From positions 321,960-385,959 of the forward strand of contig CAVPSV010000004.1 of the NCBI GenBank assembly GCA_963708625.1: DNA of 64,000 nt. Direction: 5' to 3'. Every line of letters begins with the position of its first letter. Positions within the stretch are counted from its first letter, which is position 1. This stretch comes from an uncultured Actinomycetota bacterium (GTDB lineage: Bacteria > Actinomycetota > Actinomycetes > Mycobacteriales > Jatrophihabitantaceae). The translations under genes and the position numbers were made by a program. Positions 49,836-60,072 of the stretch are shown piece after piece. The notes below the pieces were generated by a model, which worked only from the letters and a program-made list of their open reading frames with translations, was not told the DNA's origin and made no database searches.

Positions 49836-51104
49836 GTGACTCCCGAGGCGACGGCACCTAACGGGATGACACCCGACGCGACGGGCGGCCCACCCTCGTC
49901 GGCGTCGTCACGGCGGCCCTGGCCGCGCATCGCGGTGACCAGCGTGTTCGCGGTGCACGGTCTGTTGTTCGCGTCGTGGACCGCGCACATCCCACACGTG
50001 AAAGCGCGACTCGGCCTGACCGACGGGACGCTCGGCTACGCCCTGCTCGGCGCCCCGATCGGGTCGATCTGCGCGATGCTCGTGGCGGCCTACCTGCTGC
50101 CGCGGGTGGGCAGCCGGCGCGTTGTGCAGATCGCGCTGGTCGGGTACTGCGCCGCCGGGCCGCTGGTCGGGCTCACCGGGAGTCTGGTCGCGTTGATGGG
50201 TGCGTTGTTCGTGTGGGGAGCATTCCAAGGCGCGCTCGACGTAGCCATGAACACGCAGGCGATTGCGGTGGAACGTACCGCTCGCCAGTTGTTGATGTCC
50301 GGGCTGCACGGCACGTGGAGCATCGGCTCGTTCGTCGGCGCGGGTATCGGCGCGGTCGCCGTCGGCGTCGGTATCTCGCTTACCCCCCAACTTCTCGTGC
50401 TCGGCACACTGGCCCTGCTGGCTGCCGGGATGCTGACCACCCGGATGCTGCCCGACGTGGTGGCGCGGCCCGACGCAAACAGCCACGGCCCGCGCAGCGC
50501 CGACCGGAAACCGGCTGGGCCATCGCGGTGGTCGGGCGGAATGGTGCTCCTCGGCGCGATCGCGTTCGCGTGCATGCTGTGCGAAGGTGCCGCTGCCGAC
50601 TGGGCCTCGGTCTATCTGGCCGGGCCACTGCATGCCGCCGGCATTGAGTCCGGCCTCGGCTATGCGTCGTTCGCCTTGGCCATGGTGGCCGTGCGGCTCT
50701 CGGGCAACCGGCTGCTGGCCCGCTACCGGCCGGACCGCCTGCTACCTGCCCTCGCCGCCCTGGCGACAGTGGGCTTCGCTACCGGGTTGCTGATCGGAAA
50801 ACCCGTCGCAGCGATCATTGGATTCGCATTCCTGGGCGCCGGGGTCGCCTCGGTCGTGCCGGCGGTGTTCAGCGCCGCCGGTCGGATCCCCGGGCTGCAC
50901 CCGGGCACCGCCGTCGCCACAGCCTCGGCCTTCGGGTGGTCGGGATTCGTCTGCGGGCCACCGCTGATCGGGCGCCTGGCATCCATATCCTCGCTGTCCA
51001 CCGCGCTGTTCGTGCTGCCCGCACTCACCGCGTTCATCGTCGCGGGCACATCGATCGCACGCGCGCTCAAACCCGAGCCGACCTCTGCTCCGGTCAGGGT
51101 GTGA
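49836..51104 (+). CDS. MFS transporter
   Basis: 12 predicted TM helices, 422 aa, 16 nt downstream of deoR. Confidence 0.75.
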   Translation: MTPEATAPNGMTPDATGGPPSSASSRRPWPRIAVTSVFAVHGLLFASWTAHIPHVKARLGLTDGTLGYALLGAPIGSICAMLVAAYLLPRVGSRRVVQIALVGYCAAGPLVGLTGSLVALMGALFVWGAFQGALDVAMNTQAIAVERTARQLLMSGLHGTWSIGSFVGAGIGAVAVGVGISLTPQLLVLGTLALLAAGMLTTRMLPDVVARPDANSHGPRSADRKPAGPSRWSGGMVLLGAIAFACMLCEGAAADWASVYLAGPLHAAGIESGLGYASFALAMVAVRLSGNRLLARYRPDRLLPALAALATVGFATGLLIGKPVAAIIGFAFLGAGVASVVPAVFSAAGRIPGLHPGTAVATASAFGWSGFVCGPPLIGRLASISSLSTALFVLPALTAFIVAGTSIARALKPEPTSAPVRV

Positions 51105-51356
51105 GGTCCGGGAACAGGGCGATTGCCTGCAGCGCCGCCGCGATGTCGCGTGCAGACCTGGCTAGGCACTTCCCGCCGCGGGAGTCGATCGGCTGATCGG
51201 CTCCGGGTGACAACGCAGAACGGTGTGGCGATCGAGGCTGCCCCGGAAGCCGTCGGCGCGACCCGGCGGGCGCCGGTTTGGCGGTGGCGCGTGGCCCGTC
51301 GGCGATTCGAGGCCCGGCGGAGGCAACCTGGCCGGATAGGAGTACGACCTACAGTC

Positions 51357-52046
51357 ATGCAACGACTACGTGTCGCCGCGATCGTCGCCGGTCTCGGCCT
51401 GACCGGGGCAGTGGCCTGCAGTGCCGGATCCACGCCGGCCGCCCGCGGTTCCGTGTCGCCGCCGTCGGCCACGAGTCATGCGTTGAGCGGTTCGCACCCG
51501 GGCGCGACGGCCTCGGCCACCGGCACGAGCACTTCCGCGAACCCGATCGCGAACCCCATCGCGGACCCGGGCGCGGCCACCACGACGCCGAGCGCGGCGA
51601 CGCTCGTCAGCTATGTCCGCACCGGCCGCGCCGTTTCCGGCGCCGGCTATCGGGTGGGGGCGTCCGCGCCGGGCCAGCCCATGATCGCGACTCCGGGCGT
51701 CGACGAGTTCACGACACCGAGCGGCAACATCTCCTGCGGGATCCTCGGTTCCGGCGTCCAGGTCACGTGCTCGGTAAAGGACTACTCCTTTGCGACACCG
51801 GCCCGGCCGGCGAACTGCCAGCTCAACTACGCGCCGGGATGGGTGAGCCTCGACTCGTCCGGCGTGACCCGTTCGCTGTGCCTGGGCGGGCCGCCGTTCG
51901 CACCGATCAGCCGCACGCTGTCCTACGGATCGACACTGTCCGAGGGCCAGCTGTCCTGCCGAAGTGAGGCGGCGTTCCTGGCCTGCGCCGACACCGGCAC
52001 CGGCCACGGCTTCGTCGTCAACCGCACCGCGTTGACGACGTACTGA
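51357..52046 (+). CDS. lipoprotein, unknown function
   Basis: MQRLRVAAIVAGLGLTGAVACSAG lipobox. Ser/Thr/Pro/Ala linker then a Cys-containing globular domain. Confidence 0.45.
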   Translation: MQRLRVAAIVAGLGLTGAVACSAGSTPAARGSVSPPSATSHALSGSHPGATASATGTSTSANPIANPIADPGAATTTPSAATLVSYVRTGRAVSGAGYRVGASAPGQPMIATPGVDEFTTPSGNISCGILGSGVQVTCSVKDYSFATPARPANCQLNYAPGWVSLDSSGVTRSLCLGGPPFAPISRTLSYGSTLSEGQLSCRSEAAFLACADTGTGHGFVVNRTALTTY

Positions 52047-52060
52047 CGAAGCCGTGTGCG

Positions 52061-52804
52061 TCAATCCTTCGTGCCGGGCCAGCTCCTGCGCGTGATCAGT
52101 CCGCGGTCGACCAGATCCAGGAACGCGTTGATCAGCGTTTCCTGAGCGGCAGGCGCTTCGCCGGCCAACGGACCGAGAAGTAGCCCCGACAGGCCGTGTA
52201 CGGCGGCCCACGCGTTGGTGGCGGCGATGTCGCGGTCCGCTTCGTCCAAGACCCCCGCGTCGAGCATGCCATCGAGTGCCTTGCCGAGAATTTCGTACGG
52301 ACCAAGACCTGAGTCGCCGACACCCCGCGGTCCATCAGCCTTGTCAGCGGCATTGCCGGCCCCGCGAGGCGGCGCATCGCCGACCTGCGCGGCCCCCTTG
52401 CGCGGCGCGAACGCAGTGGCGAACAGCCCAGGTTCGGCTAGCGCGAAGTGGATGTAACCACGTCCCACCGCGTCCAGCCTCGCGATGGCGTCGGACCCCG
52501 CCTGCCCGGTGGGCTGGCATTTCGCCAGCTCAGCTTCCATCGAGCGTGCCAACGCGGACAGGGCGTCGGCGGCCACCGCCTGGACCAGATCGGGTAGCGA
52601 GCCAAAATGCCGGTACGCCGCGTTCGCCGAGACGCCGACTCGCCGGGCCGCTTCGCGCAGCACGATTGCGGCCGGTCCGCCCTCACGGGCGAGCTCGATG
52701 CCCGCCTGCACCAGGGCGTGACGCAGGTTGCCGTGGTGATACGGCCCGAGCCGACTCGCGTCCGATGTCGTCACGACACGCAATGTTGACAGCGTGAACT
52801 TCAT
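52061..52804 (-). CDS. TetR-family transcriptional regulator
   Basis: GNLRHALVQAGIELAREGGPAAIVLREAARRVGVSANAAYRHFGS is a TetR_N HTH. Divergent from mmpL. Confidence 0.8.
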   Translation of the reverse strand: MKFTLSTLRVVTTSDASRLGPYHHGNLRHALVQAGIELAREGGPAAIVLREAARRVGVSANAAYRHFGSLPDLVQAVAADALSALARSMEAELAKCQPTGQAGSDAIARLDAVGRGYIHFALAEPGLFATAFAPRKGAAQVGDAPPRGAGNAADKADGPRGVGDSGLGPYEILGKALDGMLDAGVLDEADRDIAATNAWAAVHGLSGLLLGPLAGEAPAAQETLINAFLDLVDRGLITRRSWPGTKD

Positions 52805-52828
52805 GTGGCAAGTTCACGCTGTCAACAT
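52783..52828. promoter_or_regulatory. perfect 19-bp inverted repeat (ATGTTGACAGCGTGAACTT-N8-AAGTTCACGCTGTCAACAT), candidate TetR operator
   Basis: Read directly from the sequence. Overlaps the tetR start codon and lies 18 nt upstream of the mmpL GTG/RBS. Confidence 0.6.
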
Positions 52829-52846
52829 CGAGCGAGGGAGTTCGCC

Positions 52847-54994
52847 GTGTTCTACCGCCTCGGTCTCAAGATCTTCGCCCGAGCACGGCTGGTACTGACG
52901 CTGGGCGTTCTCGCACTTGTCGTCGCGGCCGCTCTGGGCATCGGCGCGTTCGGAAGATTGCTCAGCGGCGGGTTCGACGACCCGTCCTCCTCGTCGAGCC
53001 AGGCGAAGGTGCTGTTGGACCACAAGTTCGGCGGCGACCCAGACCTGATCTTCCTCGTCCAGGCTCGCGACGGCAGCGTCGACAGCCCTGCGGTCCGCAT
53101 GGCCGGCCAGCAGCTGACCAGCAGGTTGAGCGCCGACGACAGATTGCGCGGCGTCACCTCGTACTGGGCGAACGGGTCACCCGGACTGCGATCGCGCGAC
53201 GGGAGCGACGCACTGATTCTGGCCAACGTCCTCGGCGACGAGCAGACCGCCGACAAGAACTCCACCGGCCTGCTGAAGGACTACGCCCACCTCGACAACG
53301 CTGCGGTGACCGTGCGCATCGGTGGCGAGCAGGGCACCGATATCGGCACCCAGGTCGGCAAGGACCTCGCCGTCGCCGAGAGCATCGCCGTGCCCATCAC
53401 CGTGCTCCTGATGATCATCGTGTTCGGCAGCCTGGTCGCGTCCCTGCTGCCGTTGGCAATCGGCGTGCTCGCGATCCTCGCCACCTTCGCGACTCTTGAT
53501 CTGCTCACCCATGTCACCAACGTCAGCATCTTCGCCATCAACCTGGCCACCGGTCTCGGTCTCGGCCTCGGGATGGACTACGCCCTGCTGATGGTCAGCC
53601 GCTTCCGGGAAGAACTGGCCAAGGGAATACCCGTTCGCGACGCGGTGGCGCGCACGATGTCCACCGCCGGGCGCACCATCGCGTTCTCAGCGCTCGCCGT
53701 CGCCGCCGCCTTGTCCGCGATGCTGGTGTTCCCGGTGTACTTCCTCAAGTCGTTCGCCTATGCCGGCGTCAGCGTCACCATCTTCTCGGCGGCCAGCGCA
53801 CTGCTGGTCCTGCCGGCGTTGCTCGGGGTGCTCGGCGGACGGGTCAACTCCGGGCGCGTTCGCGGGATACGCCCGATGCGTAGCGTCGAAGCGCCATTCT
53901 GGGGCAAGCTGGCCGCCGCCGTGATGCGCCGCCCCGTCGTGGCTGCGCTGCCGGTGGTCGCGGTGCTGCTCTTTCTGGCGACGCCGCTGCTGTCGGTCAC
54001 GTTCGGCACCCCGGACGAGCGGGTGCTGCCCACCAACGCAGCGAGCCACCGGGTCGGGGATGTCCTGCGCACCGACTTCGCCACTACCCCGGACGTGATT
54101 GACGTACTGATCACCCCCGCCCTCGCACAGCCGGAGCTGGACAGCTACACCCAGCAACTAGGCCGGCTCAGCGGTGTGCAACGAACGACCGTGAGCGTCG
54201 GCAACGGTCCGGCCGGGCAGCCGGTTACACAACGAGTGAGCCTGAGCACCGGACTGGACTCCGCCTCCGGCGCGGCGCAACACCTGGTGCGGCAGGTGCG
54301 CGCGGTGCCGGTGCCTGCCGGAACCACAGCGCTCGTCGGCGGCGCCACGGCGACCCTCGTCGACGCGAAGCACGCGATCAGCTCGCACCTGCTGTTGGCC
54401 GGCGGGCTGATCGTGGCGACCACGTTCATCCTGCTGTTCCTGTTCACCGGCAGCATCCTGCAACCGCTGCGCGCGCTGCTCGGCAACGCGCTCACCCTCG
54501 GCGCGACGCTCGGCACCATGGTGTGGATCTTCCAGGACGGGCACTTCTCCTCCGTCCTGGGCTTCACGCCACGGCCTACCGACACCGCGATGCCGGTGCT
54601 GTTGTTCTGCATCGCGTTCGGGCTCTCGATGGACTACGAGCTGTTCGTCATCAGCCGGATCAAGGAACTGCACGATTCCGGCGAGCCCAACGCGCAGTCC
54701 GTCACGGCCGGCCTGGCGCGCACCGGACGTATCGTCTCGACGCTCGCCGCGCTGCTCTCGGTCGGTTTCTTCGCCTTCGGGACCAGCCACGTCAGCTTCA
54801 TCCAATTGTTCGGGCTGGGTACCGGGCTGGCGATCCTCATCGACGCCACGCTGGTGCGCGGCGTCCTGGTCCCCGCTTTCATGCGCGCGTTCGGCGAGCG
54901 GAGTTGGTACGCGCCACCGCTCATGCGCCGGATCCACGACCGAATCGGCGTCAACGAGGCGCCGTCCGACGCACGACGCCTGGTCCATGCCTGA
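52847..54994 (+). CDS. mmpL: MmpL-family (RND superfamily) membrane transporter
   Basis: Two 6-TM bundles each followed by periplasmic loops. MMPL signature blocks (GMDYALLMVSRFREE, GLSMDYELFVISRIKE). GTG start with GAGGGAG RBS (an alternative GTG lies at 52805). Confidence 0.8.
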   Translation: MFYRLGLKIFARARLVLTLGVLALVVAAALGIGAFGRLLSGGFDDPSSSSSQAKVLLDHKFGGDPDLIFLVQARDGSVDSPAVRMAGQQLTSRLSADDRLRGVTSYWANGSPGLRSRDGSDALILANVLGDEQTADKNSTGLLKDYAHLDNAAVTVRIGGEQGTDIGTQVGKDLAVAESIAVPITVLLMIIVFGSLVASLLPLAIGVLAILATFATLDLLTHVTNVSIFAINLATGLGLGLGMDYALLMVSRFREELAKGIPVRDAVARTMSTAGRTIAFSALAVAAALSAMLVFPVYFLKSFAYAGVSVTIFSAASALLVLPALLGVLGGRVNSGRVRGIRPMRSVEAPFWGKLAAAVMRRPVVAALPVVAVLLFLATPLLSVTFGTPDERVLPTNAASHRVGDVLRTDFATTPDVIDVLITPALAQPELDSYTQQLGRLSGVQRTTVSVGNGPAGQPVTQRVSLSTGLDSASGAAQHLVRQVRAVPVPAGTTALVGGATATLVDAKHAISSHLLLAGGLIVATTFILLFLFTGSILQPLRALLGNALTLGATLGTMVWIFQDGHFSSVLGFTPRPTDTAMPVLLFCIAFGLSMDYELFVISRIKELHDSGEPNAQSVTAGLARTGRIVSTLAALLSVGFFAFGTSHVSFIQLFGLGTGLAILIDATLVRGVLVPAFMRAFGERSWYAPPLMRRIHDRIGVNEAPSDARRLVHA

Positions 54995-55033
54995 CGCACG
55001 GCCCGACCCACCCGCTGACCAGGAGCTGCCGAC

Positions 55034-56947
55034 ATGACCTACCGCGAAACCAACCTGATCGACACGATCGAGCGACTGTCCGGGATGGACCTCGACACCC
55101 TGACCCAAGCTCAACGAGACCAGTTCGACCAGTTCCACAGCGGCGGCAGCGAGGCCGTCGACCGGCTGCTGCCGAGCCTGCACGCGGCGGCGGGCCTGAC
55201 CGTGCTCGACGTCGGCTCAGGGTTCGGCGGACCGGCACGCCAGATCGCCCGCAGTGCCGGCTGCACCGTTGTCGGCATCGACATCACCGCCGCCTACGTC
55301 GACGCCGCCCGGGCGCTGACCCGCGCCGCCGGCCTCGACGGGCAGGTCAGCTTTACCTGCACCGACATCGCAGCGCTCGAAAGCTTCGACTTCGATGCCG
55401 CGTACACCATGCACGTCCAGATGAACGTCGAGGACAAGAAGAGCTTCTTCGGCGAGATCGCCCGACGGCTGCGGCCGGGTGCGCACTTCGCCACCTTCGA
55501 GGTCTGCCGCACCGGTGCGAGCCGACCGAGCCTTCCCCTACCGTGGTCACTCGACGGCTCGGACAGTCACCTCGCCACCGCGCAGGAGCTGTGCGACACG
55601 ATCACGTCGAGTGGTTTCGAGCTGCTGGAATGGGTGGACGAGACGGCGTGGGTCGTGGATTGGTTTGCGGGGGTAGCCGAGCGTACGGCGTTGGCCGCCA
55701 GCTCAGCGATCCTGCCGGCGCTGCTCGACGACGGACCAGGGCGCATGATGAACTTCGCCGTGGCCCTCAACGCCGGCGTGGTCGTCGATTCAGCGCGGCT
55801 CGTTCATCCGGCGCGCAACACCGAGGCATCCGTAATGGTCGACGCGAATGATCGGACGCCAGCGACACGCGGCACCGAGGCTGCCGGGCTGGCCACGCGA
55901 ACTGCGTCAAGCCTGGCCGTCTCGGACGAATTCGATGCCGACGGCCTATACCTCGACACCGCGACCATGGGACTGCCGCCGCGCCGTACCGTCGACGCAC
56001 TGCACACGACCCTCGATCGCTGGCAACGCGGGCTCAGCAGCGCTACCGACTTCGACGAGGCGGTGAACCGATCGCGCGCCAGCTATGCGGCATTGGTGGG
56101 CATCGATCCCGCCGCCGTCGCGATCGGGCCGCAGGTAAGCGTCTTCAGCGGCCAGATCGCAGCATCACTTCCCGCCGGTGCCGAAGTGATCACTGCCTGC
56201 AATGAGTTCACCAGCGTGACGTTCCCGTTCTGGGCCCGCGGTTTGAACGTGCGAGAGGTCCCGCTGCTCGGTATCGCCGACGCACTGACCGAGCGGACCG
56301 CCATGGTCGTGGTCTCCGCGGTGCAGTCGGCCGACGGCACAGTGCTCGACCTCGACGCCGTGCTCGGCGCCGCCGCTCGGACGAGGACCAAGGTGTTGCT
56401 GGATACCACCCAAGCGGTCGGCTGGCTGCCGGTCGACGCGTCGCTAGTCGACTACACGGTCTGCGGCGGCTACAAGTTCCTCCTCGCACCTCGGGGCACG
56501 GCGTTTCTGACGGTACGTCCGGACCTGTTCGCCGAGACACCCGCTGGCAACGCCAACTGGTATGCCGGCGAACAACCATGGGACTCGATCTACGGCGGAC
56601 CGCTTCGGCTGGCCACCAACGCGCGGCGCTTCGACATCTCACCGGCCTGGCATTCGTGGGTTGGGCAAGCCGCCAGCCTGGACCTACTCACCGAGGTGGG
56701 CACGTCCACCTTGCACCGGCACGCGTTGAGGCTGGCCAACGGTTTCCGGCACGCGATGGGCCTCGCGGCCGGCAACAGCGCGATCGTGAGTGTCGAGGTC
56801 GTGGGCGATGTAGACGCCACCCTGCGCGCGACACATCTTCGAGCGGCCTCCCGCAACGGCAGACTCCGCCTTGCCTTCCACCTCAACAACACCGATAACG
56901 ACCTCGACCACGCGGTGGCGGCGCTGCGGGAGCACGTAGTGCGGTGA
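55034..56947 (+). CDS. fusion protein: class I SAM-dependent methyltransferase (N) + class V PLP-dependent aminotransferase/C-S lyase-like domain (C)
   Basis: MTase motif I VLDVGSGFGGPARQIA (residues ~60-280). C-terminal ~350 aa with class-V fold features and candidate PLP-Lys in TVCGGYKFLLAPRGTAFL. Confidence 0.6.
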   Translation: MTYRETNLIDTIERLSGMDLDTLTQAQRDQFDQFHSGGSEAVDRLLPSLHAAAGLTVLDVGSGFGGPARQIARSAGCTVVGIDITAAYVDAARALTRAAGLDGQVSFTCTDIAALESFDFDAAYTMHVQMNVEDKKSFFGEIARRLRPGAHFATFEVCRTGASRPSLPLPWSLDGSDSHLATAQELCDTITSSGFELLEWVDETAWVVDWFAGVAERTALAASSAILPALLDDGPGRMMNFAVALNAGVVVDSARLVHPARNTEASVMVDANDRTPATRGTEAAGLATRTASSLAVSDEFDADGLYLDTATMGLPPRRTVDALHTTLDRWQRGLSSATDFDEAVNRSRASYAALVGIDPAAVAIGPQVSVFSGQIAASLPAGAEVITACNEFTSVTFPFWARGLNVREVPLLGIADALTERTAMVVVSAVQSADGTVLDLDAVLGAAARTRTKVLLDTTQAVGWLPVDASLVDYTVCGGYKFLLAPRGTAFLTVRPDLFAETPAGNANWYAGEQPWDSIYGGPLRLATNARRFDISPAWHSWVGQAASLDLLTEVGTSTLHRHALRLANGFRHAMGLAAGNSAIVSVEVVGDVDATLRATHLRAASRNGRLRLAFHLNNTDNDLDHAVAALREHVVR

Positions 56948-57139
56948 ACGGCCATCGGCCAGGCGACGTCTGCTGTGGACGAGTAGCGCATGGGCGTCGA
57001 ACACGCAGCCGCAGCGAGGTTCCCCGCCCTCACCAGTCAGACGCGCCAGCGTGCCGGCGGGGAGCGCTTGCGGGTCGTACTTTGCGGTGCGACACCGAGG
57101 TCGGCAACTCTGTAGCCCGCGGGTTCGGCCCGCGCCTGG

Positions 57140-57364
57140 TCAAGACTTCTTTGTGGAGCGCTTCTTGCCGATGCTGGGGAATCGCTTCTTCACCGCGGCC
57201 CTAACCTTCTTCTGCTCGGCGGGCGTGCCGTTCTGGGCGACCCGCGCCAGTGCGTTGCGGGCGTGCGCCTTGTCCGGGATCGGATACTTGCGCTTGCCGG
57301 GCAGCGCGAACGATTTCTTGCTCAGCTTCTTACGTTCCTTCGTCCCACTGAGGTCCTTAGCCAT
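57140..57364 (-). CDS. small Lys-rich basic protein
   Basis: 74 aa, MAKDLSGTKERKKLSKKSFALPGKRKYPIPDKAHARNALAR.... Confidence 0.35.
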   Translation of the reverse strand: MAKDLSGTKERKKLSKKSFALPGKRKYPIPDKAHARNALARVAQNGTPAEQKKVRAAVKKRFPSIGKKRSTKKS

Positions 57365-57569
57365 GGACGAAGTGTTCCCACGCGGACCGCGCGATCACGC
57401 GAATTCGGTGCCGTTGTCAGCCATCACGGCGGATCGGTCTACTTCCACACCGACTGACCGACCAGCTTCTCGCCCACGCGCGCGCCCGAACTCGGGTGGC
57501 CGCAGTCCCGGTACGCCCCTAGTCTGCATTCGTCGTCGCCTCGACTGCGAACGCCGATGAGGAGGACTC

Positions 57570-58496
57570 ATGCCGCCGATCCTTCGTGGACGTAGATCCC
57601 GACTGCGAGGTCAGCTGCTGGTGACCGCGCTGGCGACGGCAGCCGTTGTTGCGGGTGGTCTCGTCGTGGCGAAGGGTGCCACGGCTGCGGGGCCGTTGAA
57701 TTACGTCGCGATGGGCGACTCGTACAGCACGGTCGGCAAGCTCACCTCGGTGGCCCATGGTTCGCCGCCAGAATGTGGCCGCGACACCGACAGTTACCCC
57801 TTCGTCGTCGCCCACGCACTCGGCGCATCACTGACCGACGTTGCCTGCGGCGGTGCGGTGTCAGCGAGTCTGACCGGCTCGCAATACCCGGGGGTACCGC
57901 CTCAATTGGCCGCTCTCAGCCCGTCGACGGACATTGTGACGATCACTATCGGTGGCAACGACAACAGCAAGAATCCGTCCGACCCGAACTCCGCCGATGG
58001 CTTCTTGGCCCAGTTCATCCTCAAGTGCGGAGCCGCCGACCTGGCACATCTGTGGACCGGAACCCCCTGCAAGAACATGTACCAGGCGCAATTGCAGACG
58101 TTGCTCGCCGCCGAGAAGCCGATCATCGACGCAGATTTCACTGAAATCGACGCCGCCGCACCGAACGCGGCCCTCTTCGTCATCGGCTACGCCGACATCC
58201 TGCCGCAGACGGGCGCCTGCTTCCCGACGATCCCGCTGTCAGTCGGTGACACGGCGTTCATGAACGGCATCGAGGTACAGATCAATCAGCTCGCCGCAGC
58301 CGCGGCGGCGGCCCACCACGCCACCTTCGTCGACGCCTACACACTCTCGATCGGGCACGACGCCTGCCAGCCCGAACGCAACCGCTGGGTCGAACCACTG
58401 ATCCCTGGCACCGACGCCGCTCCGGTCCACCCGAACGCGAAGGGCCAGCGTGCAATCGGGACATTCGTCGCGGCCACCATCGCCGCTCAACTGTGA
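57570..58496 (+). CDS. secreted SGNH/GDSL hydrolase (lipase/esterase)
   Basis: Signal peptide. Block I AMGDSYST (GDS-x). Later G and DxxH blocks (...DACQPERNRWVEPLIPGTDAAPVHPN). Confidence 0.75.
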   Translation: MPPILRGRRSRLRGQLLVTALATAAVVAGGLVVAKGATAAGPLNYVAMGDSYSTVGKLTSVAHGSPPECGRDTDSYPFVVAHALGASLTDVACGGAVSASLTGSQYPGVPPQLAALSPSTDIVTITIGGNDNSKNPSDPNSADGFLAQFILKCGAADLAHLWTGTPCKNMYQAQLQTLLAAEKPIIDADFTEIDAAAPNAALFVIGYADILPQTGACFPTIPLSVGDTAFMNGIEVQINQLAAAAAAAHHATFVDAYTLSIGHDACQPERNRWVEPLIPGTDAAPVHPNAKGQRAIGTFVAATIAAQL

Positions 58497-58609
58497 CACG
58501 TCCAGGACATCGCCTGGCTGAGCGTCAGTACGACGTCGGACCGTAGGTTCGCCGCCTCTGCTGTGCGATAGCGATCGGGTCCGCGTTGCATCGGGTCCGA
58601 CGACCAGGT

Positions 58610-59335
58610 TCAGTTTGCACAGTCGCGGCGGTTGCCGGTTTTGGTGCTGACGTGCCCGGCCGCGGTGATGAACGCCGACATGCATTCCCCATGGCTGGGC
58701 ACGTCCAGGCGGATGAAGAGGGTGCCGTTGTTGGTGCCGTGGTCCAGGCCGGCAGGCCCCGTCTCGACCGTAACCGGCGGACCGAATGCGGCCCTCACTT
58801 GCTGGTCAACTGTGCCGGCATCGGTGGTGTGATCGGCCACCAGGCGCCGGAGGATGCCAGCCAGCTTGGCCGCCGCCGCTGGGTCGAAGTCGGGTTCAGG
58901 TACGGGCTGGGTCAGTGTGACGACGTGATCGGTGCAGGGCACGTCGGCCGGCGTCTGATCGCTCATCTCGTGCCGAAACGTGTACGCGTAGCACTTGGTT
59001 GCCGAGCCGCCGCCGAACTCGCTGGGATCCTCGACGGTGATCCGGAGCACGACCTTGCCGTCGTAGGTGGTGCCCTCGACCTCGAGAGCGTCAATCGTGT
59101 CGTCAACGCCCGTGCCCACGACAAGGTAGGCAGCGTCGTTGGTCGATCGTTCCCAGTTGTCGCGGATCATGACAGTGCCCGCGACGGTGGCGTGCTGGTC
59201 GGCGGACTTCTCCGCAGAGGTTTCGGTCAGCCATCCAGTGGTGCCGCAGGCTGTGATCGGAATGGCGAGGAGGGAGAGGAGCACGAGCCCTCGCCTGCGC
59301 CCCGTGCGACGTGATGAAGATGTCCGCATGCTCAT
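58610..59335 (-). CDS. lipoprotein, unknown function
   Basis: LVLLSLLAIPITACGT lipobox. The start could instead be at 59371. Confidence 0.45.
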   Translation of the reverse strand: MSMRTSSSRRTGRRRGLVLLSLLAIPITACGTTGWLTETSAEKSADQHATVAGTVMIRDNWERSTNDAAYLVVGTGVDDTIDALEVEGTTYDGKVVLRITVEDPSEFGGGSATKCYAYTFRHEMSDQTPADVPCTDHVVTLTQPVPEPDFDPAAAAKLAGILRRLVADHTTDAGTVDQQVRAAFGPPVTVETGPAGLDHGTNNGTLFIRLDVPSHGECMSAFITAAGHVSTKTGNRRDCAN

Positions 59336-59417
59336 GCGCCCATGGTCGGGCGCGGGCGAGGTCGACGTCATGAGTACATGTGCTCAATCCGGTCGACGAC
59401 GTCGCAGCGATTCGCCT

Positions 59418-60072
59418 TTACTCGCTCATGCCCGTCTCGATCGCCCATCTGGTGAGTTCGACCTTGTTGTGAAGTTGAAGCTTTCGCAGCGTGTTCTGGA
59501 CGTGGTTCTGGACTGTGCGGTGTGAGACGACCAACCGATCGGCAACCTGCCTCGCGGTGAGCCCCTTCGCGACCAACCTCAAGATCTCCGTCTCGCGTTC
59601 GGTCAGGAGCGGGGCGTTGCTCGGTGGTCTCGGACAGCATTCGCTGGTACTCGCCCAGGACGAGCGCGGCGAGACCGGGCGAGAAGATCGCCTCCCCCTC
59701 GGCGGTGCGGCGAACTGCGTCTACCAGCCCGTCGGCCGGCGTGGACTTCACTAAGTAACCGCGCGCCCCCGCCTGCGCCGCGGCGAGGACATCGCTGTCC
59801 TCGCCGGACGAGGACAACATCAACACTCGGACTGATGGATCGGCTCGCACAATGTGAGCGGTCGCATCGACTCCGGTCATCGCGTGCAGTTGTAGATCCA
59901 TGAGAACCACGTCAGGACGGACAGCGGGTGCAACGCGTACTGCGGTCTCGCCGTCTCCGATGCATGCGACCACCTCGAACCCGGCGGCGGTCAGATCTCG
60001 TTCGACCGCCGCGCGCCAGATCGGGTGGTCGTCAACAATCATCACTCGTGTCCGCGCGGCGCCGGCCATCAC
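59418..60072 (-). pseudogene. NarL/FixJ-family response regulator, +1 frameshift in a C4 run near 59640
   Basis: Receiver domain VMIVDDHPIWRAAV...VVLMDLQL in the ORF frame. The LuxR HTH (LTERETEILRLVAKGLTARQVADRLVVSHRTVQNHVQNTLRKLQLHNKVELTRWAIETGMSE) is in the neighbouring frame. Confidence 0.75.
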
